DNA of 64,000 bases from Amoebidium appalachense (taxonomy: Eukaryota > Protista > Ichthyosporea), in assembly GCA_963693365.1 (NCBI GenBank), contig CAVNZM010000005.1, forward strand, positions 2,869,702 to 2,933,701, read 5' to 3'. The position numbers and the translations under genes are program-made. This document shows, piece after piece, positions 30,726 through 43,960 of this stretch (positions are counted from its first letter, which is position 1; the number at the start of each line of letters is the position of its first letter). The notes beneath the pieces were generated by a model. It worked only from the letters and a program-made list of their open reading frames with translations, had not been told where the DNA came from and did not search any database.

Positions 30726-33700
30726 ATGAGTTTCTTCCGCAGCAAGTTGGTGACTGTGGGGAGCTTCATCCTCATTGTTGAGTTGATGGAACGCCTCACA
30801 TACTACACCTTTGCCGGGTCTGAACGCAACAACTTGGAGCGCCAGTTCGGCTACTCCACTGCCGAAGCCGTTGCCATCCGCTCCGTGTTTGGCGTGCTGT
30901 CCTATGTGACCGGGTTCTTCGGTGCCTTTATTGCAGACACACTGCTTGGGCGGTTCAAGACCATTGCCGTGTTCATCGCCTGCTACTGCATCGGTGTAAC
31001 CATGTGCTCTACGGCTGTGCATCCCAACGTCCTAAGTGCGGTAGGCGTTCTTTATCACTCCTTGCTCTTTAAGCCTCCCCCCTGCGGTTGTTTCCCTACC
31101 CACTCACCACCTAATGGCAGGAGAGCTGATGGCATGGCCACCCTGTCACACCCAATTCTACCCACTGACACAATGCACATCTGCTGCCTCCTGTGCATCT
31201 TGCGTGGCAATGATGAAATGATCATATCACCCCAGTACATACACTAACTTTAGACCCAAGGCCGTTCACGGTACGGTAACAAAAAAGAAAAAGCAAATGT
31301 CCTGAAAATGCCTGTGCATGCTTATTAATATTTTACCAGGACTAGGCAGAGCAAGATACGTTATATATCCTAGTTAAGGTCAAATTCTGCATTTTGATAC
31401 TGAAATTGTGTTATTAGTGCTATGCGATTGATGATTCAGAGGAAGAAACTTGAGCTATTAGTATTTACGTCCACCACACAGCCCGCCTACCTTGCTGGAA
31501 TCATGTTCTTCATGGCCCTTGGTAAACCCCCCCCCCCCCTAACCCCCCCTCCCCCCCCCCCCCCCCCCGCCCCATCAGGAGCAGGCGATGAACACACATT
31601 CCGCTCCTCATCCCCCCCCCCCCCTTCCCCCCTCGCCCCAATACATCATCCCCATCCTCCCCCCTTCCCCCTCCCCCCCCCCCCCCCCCCCGGGGGCTCT
31701 TCCCCCTTCGCCAAAAAAAAGAGATGAAGATAACAGAAAGAGAGAGAGCCTCAAAGTAAAAGTGAACAGGATGATAGAGAAGGGGGGTGGATAGGGGGCG
31801 GGGGGGGGGGGGGGGGGGGGGGGAGGAGGAGGGGGGAGGAAGGAGAAAGTGGGGGAGAAGTGGGTCAGGGTAAGAATGAAAGAGATGGGTGGGGTAAAGT
31901 AGCAGAAAAAGAAAGAGAGGAGAGAAAGACCGGGGGCCGGGGGGGGGGGGGGGGGGAGACGCTGGGGGTGGAAGAGGGGGGGGGGGGGGGAGTGGGGGAC
32001 GGAGGGGGGAACAGATAGACAGAGAGAGGGCAGAGGATGTAGAAGGAGGAAAATGCAGGGGAAACTCCAATGTCGAGCTCAGCGCTAACAAACACTTCCT
32101 GCATAGGTGCTGGGGGCATGAAGCCCAACATCAGCAACTTTGGTGGTGACCAGTACGACCCCAAGATCCCAAAAGAGAAGAAGGAGCAGGAGCTGTTCTT
32201 CTCTCTGTTCTATGCTGCTGTCAATGCTGGTTAGTGGAACATGCTTCTGAGTTGCGGAGGTTGCAATCCTCCCGTTTCCTTCACCACATACACATGCGTG
32301 TGCGTGCATGCACGTGCACATGCACATGAATACACACCCATGTACATGCATTCACATGCAAATGCACACGCACACACGCACAGGCACACAGGCACTCAGT
32401 GTTGTCTTTTTCTTCGTGCACGTGTGGAAGGGGGTGCGAAAGAAAGGGAGGGGGGGGGGGGGGGGGGGGGGATTTTCCCATTACTTTTTGCAATGCGCAT
32501 GCAGACATCAAGCTAACAATTTAAACTATCACCCAATCAGGTTCGGCGGTTTCCTACGGGTGCCTCACCACCATCGCCACCGGTGGCACGGCAGCCCTTC
32601 CCGGGCAGGCAGGCAACAACCTTATTCCCAAGGAATACGGCTACTTTGCTGCATACATCTTTGCCGCCATCTGTATCTTCATTGCTATGGTTGTGTTCAT
32701 TGCCGGCTCTTCTCGCTACAATAAGATCCCCCCTAGCGGAAATTCGTTTGGCGGGGCTCTATATTTCCTGTGAAATGGTGCCAAGAATACAACGCGGGGC
32801 AAGATGGCGCTGAGTGGATGGTGCTGTCTACTGGTGTTCCTGGTCGTCAGCATTACAAATGCTTTCCTCACGTCAAAGGTGTGTTCCCACCCCATTAGCT
32901 TCAAGAGTCCCCAACTCCCCCCCCCCCCTCCCCCCCCCCCCCTCCGACACCCCCCGGCCCCTCCCTTCCCATCCCTCCCCCTCCTTACCTCCCCCCTCCC
33001 CCCTCCCCCCCCCCCCCTCCCAAAACAAAATATATCACTTTCACAGCAGTAGTGCCACATAATCATGGCCGAGCAATGATTTATTATTCTTTTTTGGCTG
33101 GTGCTAGGGCAAGGGTTAGAATAGAGGAGGTCGGGAACAAAAGTTGCACACGGGAGGGCGGGGGGAAGGGGGGGGAGGGGGACTACGGGCAGAGAGTGGT
33201 TGGTGGTTCTAATTATGTATTGATCATGAATGCGTGTAGTACTTATACAAACCTTCCCCACCCAGCCGCCCGCGCTTCCATATGTCTCGCTCGCGCTTGC
33301 CCTCATTGGCTGCATATCAGTTGTGCTGGGTCACATCAACAACGATTGGCTCCGCACCGTCCCCGACCACCCCAAGGATTGGCTGAAAACCAACGAAGCA
33401 GTGAATCTGTTCTCGATTGTTCCAGTAGTTCTCACGACCAACATCTGCTTCATGCTGACGTACAACATGATGGATGGGCCAATCCCCGTCCAGACCTGCC
33501 ACATGAACCTCAAGCTGGGTGGCGGTCAGGTCAATGGAGTAAGTTTTGACACCAGCCGAACCCAAATCACAACCGCCCTTCCCTGAACCCTGCCCCCCTC
33601 CCTCACCCTGGCTTCCCCCCTCCCCTCCCCCTCCCCTCCCCTCTTCCCCCCCAGCCCCCTCCCCCCCCCCCCCCTCACGTGTATCTGCAAGTGCATTAGC

Positions 33701-34459
33701 CTCCTCCCCCCCCCCCCCCCCCCCCCGCCCCCCGCATTCGGGGTCCCCTCCCCCCATTTTCCCATCCCCTCCACCCGGCTCTCCTACTCTTTTCCAACAG
33801 AGCTTCTGCACTCAACAACCTCTCCCTCCCTTCCCCCCCCCACAAAGAAAAAAAACCGGAAAAGAAAAAGAAAAAGAAAAAGAAAATACCCCACCCCGGA
33901 GGATAGGCACTGCTTATAATGCATTTTTTTTAGTGTGCTTTGAAACTTTTGCACTTTAGTGTTGTGCATCGCGAATGTGTACTCATACTCTGTAACACAT
34001 TCTAAACCTGCAACCCCCCCTCCAGCCCCCTCCCCCCCCCCCACCTCCACCCCCCCCCCCCACCTCTCCCCCCCCCCCCCCCCCCCCCACGCACACACAC
34101 ACACACAAACAGACGTTCATCCACCTTATCAACCCTCTCACCATCGTCATTGGCATCCCCATCCTCAACTTCCTCGTCTGGCCCATGTTTGAACGCTGCC
34201 GCCGTGTTCCCACCAGCCGCTACTTCAAGCTCATGTTTGGGTTTGGTTTTGCTTTTCTCTCGATGCTTTTCGCGACAATTTTCGAGTTTGTTCGCCGTGG
34301 TACCGAGACTCTTCCGGAGGTAGAAGAGAACATTTCGCTGTGTGCAGGCAACAATGCCGACCCAGTGTACATGAAGAACATCAGTGCCTTTGCCATGTTC
34401 CTGCCTCTAGCCATGACCGCCCTGGCTGAGATCTGCATCAACCCCACCCTGCTCTGTAC

Positions 34460-34493
<34 letters not shown>

Positions 34494-34938
34494 TTTCCTA
34501 CCCCAGCTTCCTTCTCTCCCCGTGCCCACCAGATTCCTGCCCCTTCCCGGGACCACCCACCGTCTTGCTTTTTGGCCCCCCACCCTACCCCACCCCTTTC
34601 CCCTCCCCCTCTCTCCCTCTCTCCCTCTCTCCCTCTCCCTCTCTCCCTTTCTCCTCCCCTCTCCCCCCCTCTCTCTCTCTCTCTCTTTCTCTCTGCGTGT
34701 GTGTGTCCCCCCCCCCCCCCCCACCCGCTCCACCCCCCCGGTTCCCTACCCTCAGTTTCCTGCTCCACCCATAGTCACCAGATTCCTGCCCCTTCCCGGG
34801 ACCATCCATCGTTTTGCTTTTTGACCCCTCACCCCATCCCCCCCTCCCCCCCTCCAACCTCCCCACCCCCCTTCCTCCCCCCCCCCCAACTCCCACGCCA
34901 CCCTAACCCACTCCCCCACCTCCCCCCCCCCCCCCCCC

Positions 34939-35015
<77 letters not shown>

Positions 35016-35795
35016 GTCTGTCTGTACCCATCCCCCCCCCCCCCCCCCCCCCCGCCCCACACACACACCCTCCGCACCGTATGGTTATTTCCGTAAATGC
35101 ACTGCCACCGCATTCCTACCCCCCCCCCCCCCCCACCTCCCACCCCCTCCCTCCCGGCCATTATTTTGCGACAAGTGTACTTGGAAGCATGCGAGGCTTT
35201 CTTCAGAATCTGTTCTCATTTACGTCTCCCCCCCGGGCCCGCAAATTCTGCAACCCCTAAAGCCCCTCGTCCTCACCGCCATCCCCAACCCGCACATACA
35301 CATCACTCCCATTCATCGAATCCTCTTGTTGACAACCTCAAGTGCTTATGTGCACCACCAAGCAGCTTATCATCCTGTAACCTCAGCAATACACCAGCAG
35401 TGCTTACATGCACGCAATCCCTTTACTTACTCCCTTCCCCCACAGACATGTCCTACAGCCAGGCCCCACCCCGCACCCGCTCTCTCGCCCAGGCTTTTAA
35501 CCTGTTCTGTGCCGGTGCAATGCCCAACGGATTCCTCGCCACCATCACCAAACTTCTTGCAAAGTACATGCCGGATAACCTGGACACCAGCCCATTGGCA
35601 ATTGAATATTTCTACTACGCCGGGTTCATTGCGTGTGTGTTGGGTGTTGGGTTGGTTACCCTCTTTAGCAGGATGTATGTTGAGAAACAGTATGTGGAAG
35701 ACATGGAGGACGAGAAACAGGTGGAGACATTTAGTGGTACTGCGTGCACTGTGGCGGGTGACAGTATGATGAAGGATAAACAGGACATGCTATAG
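30726..35795 (+). CDS. POT/PTR (SLC15-like) proton-dependent oligopeptide transporter, about 593 codons, 7 exons, one in-frame TGA (possible pseudogene or null allele)
   Basis: Exons 30726-31040, 31482-31521, 32107-32229, 32541-32878, 33266-33538, 34113-34455, 35446-35795. ExxER motif (ELMERLTYY), GAFIADTLLGRFKTI, PTR2 signature GAGGMKPNISNFGGDQY, YSQAPPRTRS. In-frame TGA at 32771-32773. Confidence 0.9.
34527..34840. repeat. Direct duplication of about 60 bp in the last POT intron
   Basis: CACCAGATTCCTGCCCCTTCCCGGGACCA at about 34527 and 34776. Confidence 0.8.
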
Positions 35796-37390
35796 AAATT
35801 TTAAACTCGGCTTACGGTAGTTTTAAATTGTGTTCTTTAAGTTATTTCTCGGGCTATACCTCCCCTCCCCCCCCTCCCCCCCCCCCCCCCCCCGTCCCTT
35901 CCCCCCATCCCCCCCCCCCCCCCCCCAAATCTCCCTCTCCGTGCGCACGGTGAAGAAAGGCAAAGGAAACACAACGGAATGAAACCTGGAAGACTCGAGG
36001 CTGGTGGCGGATCGAAGGTGTGGCAAATTGTATTAAGTTTTAAGTTTGAGACATGATTGGTTTACTAAGACTCGGCACGGTGCAGTCGTTAGTTTTGGAT
36101 CTGAACCTCATGTGTATTTAGCAGGTAATGTGGAACTCTGCCTTCCATGTAGTTATGGCTTGTATGCTTACACCAGCTGTTGTTAAGTCTTTGGGCCACT
36201 GTGTGGTGCCCTCGCTCATATATATTATTAAACACATGAAGCTTTTGAATGGCCATAAAAATGCATACAGAGTCGCTTACAAAATTTACTGCCCACCTCG
36301 TGGATATTTGCGTCCATGTGGTGAACGTACGCGCAACAGCAGCATCTTGCACATTCAAATCCTCCCCGCCCTTCCTCCCCTCCCCCCGAGCCCTCTTCCT
36401 CTCCTTTTTCTTTATCAGTCTCACAACGCATGCATCCACACGCACTTTCTCGCATGCCAAATGCCATTGTTTTACACGGCCCAGTGTACCTGGTCACTGC
36501 GTGGAGCACACCAAAAGAGTTTGTGCCCTATGTAATGCTGCCTTAGTTTGGCTGATCTTTATATGAAGGGGGGAGGGGGCGGAAAGGGGGGGGGGGGGGG
36601 AGATAAACTGGGGAAACAGTCATGCAAATGCGATCGAATTGACTCATGATTCATCATCATCTTTGGTCACATCAATCACACCCTCATCATCTTTTCCGCA
36701 TCTTTGCTGTAAACCTAAGACACATAGATACCCGCGGGTAGTGCAGATGAAACAGTGCTAGATGCACATGCTTTTCACAGCAAACACACACGGATTCGTT
36801 TCCCAACCATGTTTTTTCCCCCATGGGTTCGTGTTTGTAAACTTCAGTGTTCTTTTCCGTAGCATCATAGTCGGACATCCACGTGTAAACCCCCCGCCCC
36901 CCTCCTCCACCCCCCCCCCCCCCCCCATCCCCACCCCTTCGCCCCTTTCCACACCCCCCTCCACCTTCCACACACCCCTATCCCCCCTGGGCGGTCCTGC
37001 CTCTATCACTTTTGTTCGTGACGTAAGGAACGCTGCCATTGCAGAGTGGCAGGCTAAGAATTAGGAATCAAAGACACGACCTGCAGCTGCACACCCAACC
37101 AAATCAATAATGTATTCCGTTGCATGTTATGGTGTACATGTTCTTGCTTTCGATCGTTCTACCATGTTGTATTACGGTTTTATTCGGTCTGTTGTAGTGG
37201 TTGATATGTAAGGTCTCAGGGGCAGGCAAAAAAGGATAATAGAAGCATTATTTTGTTAACACAACGGCAAAAAATCCAGATCAAAACATCCCTCCACACA
37301 ATCAAACATCTGAACAATATACTTTTAGCATTCCATTGATGAAACATAAATACGATCCAGCGAGCAGTCTTCCGTTGACATTCGTGTTTA

Positions 37391-37521
37391 GGCGTGTTTG
37401 GCATGCCATAATCGTATTATTGCCCCTAAATACGCATACCTCAAAATAATTTTACGAATACGATTATTCGTCTTTTCGTACAATAATACGAATACGACTA
37501 TTTTCGGCTGCCAAACACGCC
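37391..37521. mobile_element. PIF/Harbinger (Tourist-like) MITE, about 131 bp
   Basis: Perfect 13-bp TIR GGCGTGTTTGGCA...TGCCAAACACGCC, TTA on the left flank, AT-rich interior with repeated AATACGA. Confidence 0.75.
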
Positions 37522-37705
37522 CTTGTTTTTTCTTTTTACTCCCATTTCACCTCACAGAGGCTACGGCTCCAGATCTGCCTATATCTGTAGGCAGAATAAC
37601 GTCATCCATCTGTATGAGTTGCATGCATATGAAGCATGAGATTGGGACCAGCTTTCAAAACTATAGAGTTGGGCCGGCCGCGAGGGATAACATCTTTGTT
37701 CGGAT

Positions 37706-38288
37706 CTACATCATACAGTGCTTCAAACGCACTCCAATGATGCCTCAGAAGAAGCCCGGATACAAGCGGCAGCATTTGGCTCTGCAGAGCTGCAGCTGCT
37801 GGTCGTCGATGCCCGCCCAGTGGGAGAAGCAGTGGGTGCTGCACTCCACATAGCTCCCCCGCCCAGCCCTGAGCGCGGCCCTATCCTGGACGAGGTGTTT
37901 GGCCACAGCCACAGACCCCACAGCCACCCGGTCATCGTCTTTGCTTGGGTTCCGCACGGGCACTGAAAGTGTGCCCTCTGGCACGTTGAGCCATGGCGTC
38001 CATGCTGACACCTCGTCCTGGGCGCTGGCCACGGCTGCGGCTGCAAGAGGGGCAGCTCTCCTCCGGCCACCTGCACGTGGAATTCCGTCTTGTGTGTCTT
38101 GGGACGTTACTGAGAGAGCAGTTTGGGCGCAGCTTTTGACGCAAATGCGCAGGGCCGGGAGACCGTTTGTGGCGTCATATGCATGTTGCGATGCAATCGG
38201 CCGCACAGCCCACAGCCATGGGGGAGCCGATGGAGGCGAAGGCAGACGCAAGGGCGGCAGTTGACTAGAGGACGACAGCGGCGGCCAT
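37706..38288 (-). pseudogene. Disabled gene for a small secreted cysteine-rich protein
   Basis: MAAAVVL*STAALASAFA (signal-peptide-like, TAG at 38267-38265), GCAADCIATC, a 1-nt frameshift near 38180, then YDATNGLPALRICVKSC...ECSTHCFSH...LCRAKCCRLYPGFF*GIIGVRLKHCMM*. Confidence 0.55.
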
Positions 38289-38519
38289 TTTTTGAATTGG
38301 GGCGAAGAATTTTGGAAGGAAATGCGAGGTGTTAGTTACTTCTGTATTTCACTTTACGCTGAGCGGTTCTTGAACTTTGTGTTGGTCAAACTCTTGATGT
38401 GTTTACAGTATATACTTCATGGTGGAATGTCGTCATCTTCGTAAATCCAAGCATTCTCCAATCAGTAGTTACTGAAAGTTATCTTAGGAATGTGAGTGTT
38501 TGTCTGCGTTGGCCAATTA

Positions 38520-41500
38520 GATGCACGTAATTTGCTAACCATATAAGATTACGATGTCAGCGCGCCGATTCGAAGCTTCAACTCTCAGACCATGTGATCC
38601 TCATTCCCAACCTCGGTCACTTAGTTTGAGGTCACGTGACCGTGAGGTTGGGTTGATGGAAAAAGGGGGGTATGGGGGGAAAGAGCCGAGCGGTTCCGGT
38701 GGGACGTGCCAAGAAGTTGCCCTAACCAATCAGTACGCGTGTGTCAATCGCACCGGATGTTGGAGCGCGGTATTCCATTCATGCTCTTTTAGCCAATCAA
38801 CAAGAGAGATTTAGAGAACCAATCACTGTGAATGCGGGGTTCTGGGAATCATCCCACGATTTGATAAACCTGCTAAAAAAATCGATACCGGCATGGGACG
38901 ACGTTTGTATATTTTTTTTTCTTTTGACTGGATTTATTCGACGGAAAGATATGCAAGTATGCACGGCATACTGAGAAGACAATAAAAACTTCACGAGTTA
39001 TCCAGTAACAAGTGCATACTGAGATACCTGAACACTGTGTGAAAATCATATAAATACTCAATGTGACGACCAACAGAATTCAACAAAAAGTCTAAAGTGT
39101 TCACATTGCCAGCTAGTGTAGCAGATACCCGGAGGGAAAGAGGTAAAACGCGACATAAAAATTCACACCTATCAACATGCTTGCGATTAAAAAGGTCAGC
39201 ACAAAAGTGGCACCAGCGGCGATGAAAACAAGAATTACAGCGCCACTGCACAACTTCCCAGGCAATATCAACATCAGAGCACCATACAGACTTATCTACT
39301 AGGGTGGTATCCATACGTACAGCAGGAGAAATGTATCCTGCCAAAGCTCCCAAAAAGCGATAATGATCAGTACGGTGTTGCCTAAGGAACATAACACATG
39401 CCGACTGAGTTTTACCTTTGATTTCTCTATCAGAACGAGAAAGAAACTTATACTGCGTATGGTAATAACGCGAAAAGGCAGAAAAAACAGGAAGAGAAAA
39501 AAAAGAGGGAGTGAGATAGCGAGAGGAAGAATCAGGTGGAAAGAGGGTAGGCTGAGGACATTCAGAAGTAGCGTTGGTGAATCGGGGGGAAGAGGCCCGG
39601 GGATGGAGGGAGGGGGGGGAAAGAAAGCATAAAGAGGGTGGCCATCAGGTAGCCTAACTAAATGAAAACAAAAACGAAGAGACAATTCCTCCATACGACA
39701 AACAGCAGACGACAATCCAAACATACTGATTAAGGGAGGCACAAACCGAGTACGAAACAAAGTGCGTAGCGCAGTACCCTGAAAATCGTCGAACTCGTTC
39801 AGCGCCATTGCCGCCTCGCGAGGTGGGGCGCAGGCCAATAGCGGAAGTCCATATTCGAAAGTCGGCCGTAAAAAAAGTTTTATAGTAGAGAAGAAGGTTC
39901 GCAGGATGGATCACAGACTCCTGTTGAAACATATTTGACACGATGTGAAGCTTACCCTTCGCACGAGCGATCCGTGCCGTGAGGAGCTTGCGGAAATCAA
40001 TACCCCGTGCAGTAAAAGGAATACCCAAATAGTCATAGGTGCTCTGAACAGGAATAGGGAGGCCGGCCAATCGAAAGGAAGTGTTCTTCGAAAAAGTAGC
40101 ACACTTTGCAATTCCGACTGTCATGAGATTCTCGGTGCACCATTGATCCACCTGACGAAGATGCATGACATCTTCGGTTAAGGAACAAAGAACAATATCG
40201 TCCGCAAAAAGGAGACCCGGTACACGGCGGGTATGCAGTTGGCCAAAGGGTTCGAGGGCGCAGGCTAAATCGTCAATGAAAACGTCAAACAACAACGGAC
40301 TCAGGAGGGACCCCTGCAGAAGACCCCGGGAACGGGAAAAACCGGGTGTTAATGTTCCATTGACCGCCGCTCGTCCGCGAGTGGTATCGAACAACGCTTG
40401 CAGAAGACGGCCAAAGTAAGCCCCGCATAGCCAGCTTATGCCATAACAAACCAGTGGGTACGGTGTCGTAGGCGTTCTTAAGGTCGATGAAGACAACGTG
40501 TGGAGAGCCAGAAGTAATGGATTCATGGAGTAACAGACTGTGAGTATAACACGAATAGGCATGACGAAAGCCCCCTTGAAGGGAAGAAAGACGGAACACG
40601 GCGTTTAAAGAATCGTTGGTGTTAAACGCGCGAAGCATGCAACCCTCGAAGAGCCGACGAAAAACGTTGGTAAGTGTGACGGGACGAAAGTCGTTAATGA
40701 CCCCCTGCGATACCTTCTTACGAACGGGCGTAAAGATTGTGTCAAGCCACGAATTTTGGAATAAACCCGAGTTCGAAAAAAGCCGGAAAAAACTCACTAA
40801 GAAGGACAGCAAAAGGCGGGGGCGGGGGGGACTCTGCACGATTACGGGGCGGAAGCACGGGAGAAAGAACCTTGAAAAGCACGGGAGGAAGAGCATCCGG
40901 CCCGCACGCCTTGCGGGGTTTTAACGCTCGTATAGCACCAAAAACAGCCGAAGAGTTGAAATAACTATGAAAAGTGCCCGGGAACGATCGGTCCGGCTCC
41001 CAACTTGGCGGCTGGGAGAGGCCAGCGGGCGGTGATGGAACCGTGGACACGTTAGGAAGCGAAAATAGGGAAGCATAGTAGTCATCTAGACAATCTACGG
41101 ATTCAGCAACGGAGATGGAAGGAGACGGGGCATAGACTTGCACGGAAGGCCCAAACCGACCGGCGGATTTCCAGACCGATAATGCTTCCTGTAGAGGCAA
41201 CAACTGTCGTAGGGACTGCAAAACGTGAGACTGTCTCAGCCGAACGGAAGGGTACTCAACCGTGCCCACCACCTGCTCGCCAAGGGCAAATAGGAACTCA
41301 ACAAACTCATTATAACAAACCTCCAAAATAGCCGGGTTCCGCTGCGCATGGGCGTCGCGCACTGCGGCAAGAAAGAAGCCATGAACCGACTCATACTCCT
41401 TGACAGCGAGTAACTGGTTTAACTTGTGCTTGAAACCGCGAGATAAGAGGCGGTGACGGCGGTTAGTCTGAGTAGCCCCGCCGAAGTGAACAGGGAGGGA

Positions 41501-41560
41501 AACCGAAAATTCTACAGGGGAATGGTCCGAACTACGCCATAAGGAATCGGGTGGGGAAAT
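38520..41560 (-). mobile_element. 5'-truncated, frameshifted non-LTR retrotransposon (APE-RT-CCHC ORF2)
   Basis: Overlapping frames give the APE end SDH, KACGPDAL, FRPVTL, QGGFR, IDLKNAYD, GLLQGSLLSPLLF, FADD, YDYLG and C-terminal CHFC...H...C. ORF stop at 38991. The left boundary (3' UTR end) is approximate. Confidence 0.9.
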
Positions 41561-41569
41561 TACTCGTAT

Positions 41570-41876
41570 ATTCGGCAGTCCCCTCCCTCGCCCGATAGAA
41601 TATAAGTATTTGGGGGTTCCGGTGGATGAGTGGGGCATATGTTTCAAACGGATGGTCGACCGTCGGGTGGAGAGTGCAGGCAGGTGTCTTCGATTATTTA
41701 GGGATGTTTATCTTGCTAATCTTTCTACTACTGTACACTTACACAACCGTCTTAGTATATTTCGCACCTTTATTCGCCCTTTGTCTGAGTACGGGGCACC
41801 TTATTAATGCTGCACAGTATATATTGTGATACGGTGTCTTAACTTTCTCTCGGAGCTACCAATTCTAGCTTCTGCT
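41570..41876 (+). mobile_element. Fragment of a second LINE (RT thumb region joined to 3' UTR)
   Basis: EYKYLGVPVDEWGI...RLSIFRTFIRPLSEYGAP parallels YDYLGIPFTARGI...YYKTF of the minus LINE. 41797-41876 matches 45274-45354. Confidence 0.7.
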
Positions 41877-41880
41877 TATT

Positions 41881-42538
41881 GATAATTCGCACAGATCTAT
41901 TCGGACACTTTTGTCCTAATTAACCTATTTTTAGACGATCGCGCTATTTCTAGCGCAGTTGCATAGTAACCAGGCCTCAAAAAGATGAAAAACGTGAAAT
42001 TCACGTCATTTCGACATAGTAACATATATAACATGTAGGGTCTCCGACGCCATCTCTTGGGCGCATTTGGTCATCGAAGTTGGCGACCTTCTAAGAAAAC
42101 ACGTGGTTTTTCCGCTAAATTTTAATTTAAACTAAAATAACTTTCGGTGTGTGTTTCTGGAGCGGCTAAGACCACGATGTGCTGCTAGCTAGAGATATAG
42201 GCTAACGATGCAAAAAACCCGACCACCTAATCTTAATTCTGAGGCAACCTACCTAAGGTCCAACTTAGGGCACTTTTATCGAGAAAACCTTAGCCACACT
42301 GTCCCTGTTACCACCCGTTCTACTTCTAAGACAATGTTTACGACTTTTCTTCAATTTTCTGGCTAGTTAATGAGGAAAGTAAGTACAAAAGGTTTTAAAC
42401 GTGGTTCTTCTTTACACTTGTTGCTACTAGTACCAGTTCCTTCTATTATAGAAAGACAAAATAAAGGAAGCTTATACCCCACGAAAGGTATGCTCGAGAT
42501 CACAAACCCAAAGCAGTCTGCAAAGTCTGCAACTTTAC

Positions 42539-42577
<39 letters not shown>

Positions 42578-43960
42578 ACCTCCTCTCTCTCTCACACCTA
42601 CTGCTCCTGCTCTTTGGTTCTGCGGTGGCGTACAGGCACCCCCTTTTCCAGGTGCTGCTCGTAGCAGTTGCGATCTGAATTTTTGTAGCACAATGCCACA
42701 CCGCACCTGCTGCACATCCAGCTCACCCTGCTGCGCTTGTATCCCTTTTGATCCGTGCGCGCGCACATAACACAGTCGAGCCGCTTGCCGGAACCGATAA
42801 GCACCGGGTGACAGAGGTTGCTTCGTTTGGCGGTTGTGGTGTTTGTTGACAGCGATTTTAGTATGCGCGCGCTTTGTTTGCCGGCTTGTAGAAGTGGGTT
42901 GTTGAAAAGTTCACCCGCAAGTTTTTCGCGCCACTGCTCGTTTGAAAGTGCATTCTTATCCCCGTCTGCAATGAGATGCTTGTAGGCCAGGTAGGTGTTT
43001 ACAAACACCATACCAACTAACCCAGCAAAGGTGCGGTGCCAGGGTGTGTGGGGGACCCATGCCTGCTCGAGTGAACTGTTCCCTTGCCGGAGTTTGTTGT
43101 GTACGTCTGCACTGTTGAAATATGTGAAGAATTCGCGCACTGCTTTTGGCATGGGCACTTGTGTTCCGTTTTTTGTGATACGGGGAGCTCCTGCTTCCGT
43201 ACTTTGCCGTCGTTACTACACGCATGCTGAAATCCTTATCCTGCCAACGTATGGGGGGGATGGGAGAGGGAGAGGGCGAGCCCCCGCCCCCCTTCCCCCC
43301 CCCCTCCCCCCTCCCCTCAATACAAAGAATATATATGCCTTCGCACATCCCACAACTAGCCGAATCTCGCTCCGTGGTACTTCTTCTACTTTCCCGTCGT
43401 AGTCTATGTGTACCAACCATTTATTGTTCTTTAATACTTGCAGCAGTTGTGCCTGTGAGCTGTTTCGTTTCCCATTCTTCACCAAACTGCTCTTTACTCC
43501 AACGTTCATCATCGTTCCTGACTTTACCATCAAAGATGCGTGGAAAAACCCAAACTCTCGGGTCTTTCTTTAAACGCCTAACCATTTTCTTTTCTTTTCA
43601 CCTATTTCTACTCTAATTCTACCTTGTTCTTTTTGTTTTCTAGCGGGCAAACAATCGTGCGGTGTCTTTTAGTTCGGAAACCAAACGGTGTCCGTGATCG
43701 GACAGTCGGACACCCCAAAACTGGGGGAAAGCGGGTTGCACCCATGATCTTTTGCGCGCCAAAAGCTACTCACCCTGCAGTCCTATTGGTTTCCTATAAA
43801 GACAAAAAAGGCAGGAAAATACTAGACCTCATTGGCCATACCCAGCTTGTGGGGTGTTTCCTAGCGAAAACAACGCTAGCGACGCCGCCGAAAAAGATAG
43901 GACACTTTTGTCCTTTTTAGCCATTAATTAGGACAGATTTGTCCGGTTATGCGGATTATC
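41881..43960 (-). mobile_element. Internally deleted piggyBac-like DNA transposon, about 2.1 kb
   Basis: Degenerate inverted ends CGGACACTTTTGTCCTAATTAA (41902-41923) and TTAATTAGGACAGATTTGTCCG (43924-43945). It interrupts a repeat whose uninterrupted copy is at 45274-45525. Confidence 0.7.
42598..43585 (-). pseudogene. piggyBac-like transposase relic: Tudor-like N-terminus, most of the DDD core missing, C-terminal Cys-rich domain
   Basis: WQDK, PKAVREFFTYFNSADVHNKLRQ...WHRTF...FVNTYLAY and Cys-rich domain CVMC...CSRCGVALC...CYEQH. N-terminus from ATG 43585 with a frameshift near 43447. Confidence 0.8.

Noticed and set aside
32771-32773. Selenocysteine or genome-wide TGA reassignment
   Set aside because: Not a redox motif, no SECIS recognised, TGA ends the gene at 26114, and Trp is TGG elsewhere.
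34185-34199. FERC peptide suggesting a second MLH1 end
   Set aside because: Internal to POT transporter exon 6; coincidence.
39654-40896. Retron, DGR or group II intron reverse transcriptase linked to the fibre genes
   Set aside because: APE SDH motif, LINE-type RT motifs and CCHC knuckle identify a decayed LINE. No template/variable repeat pair was seen.
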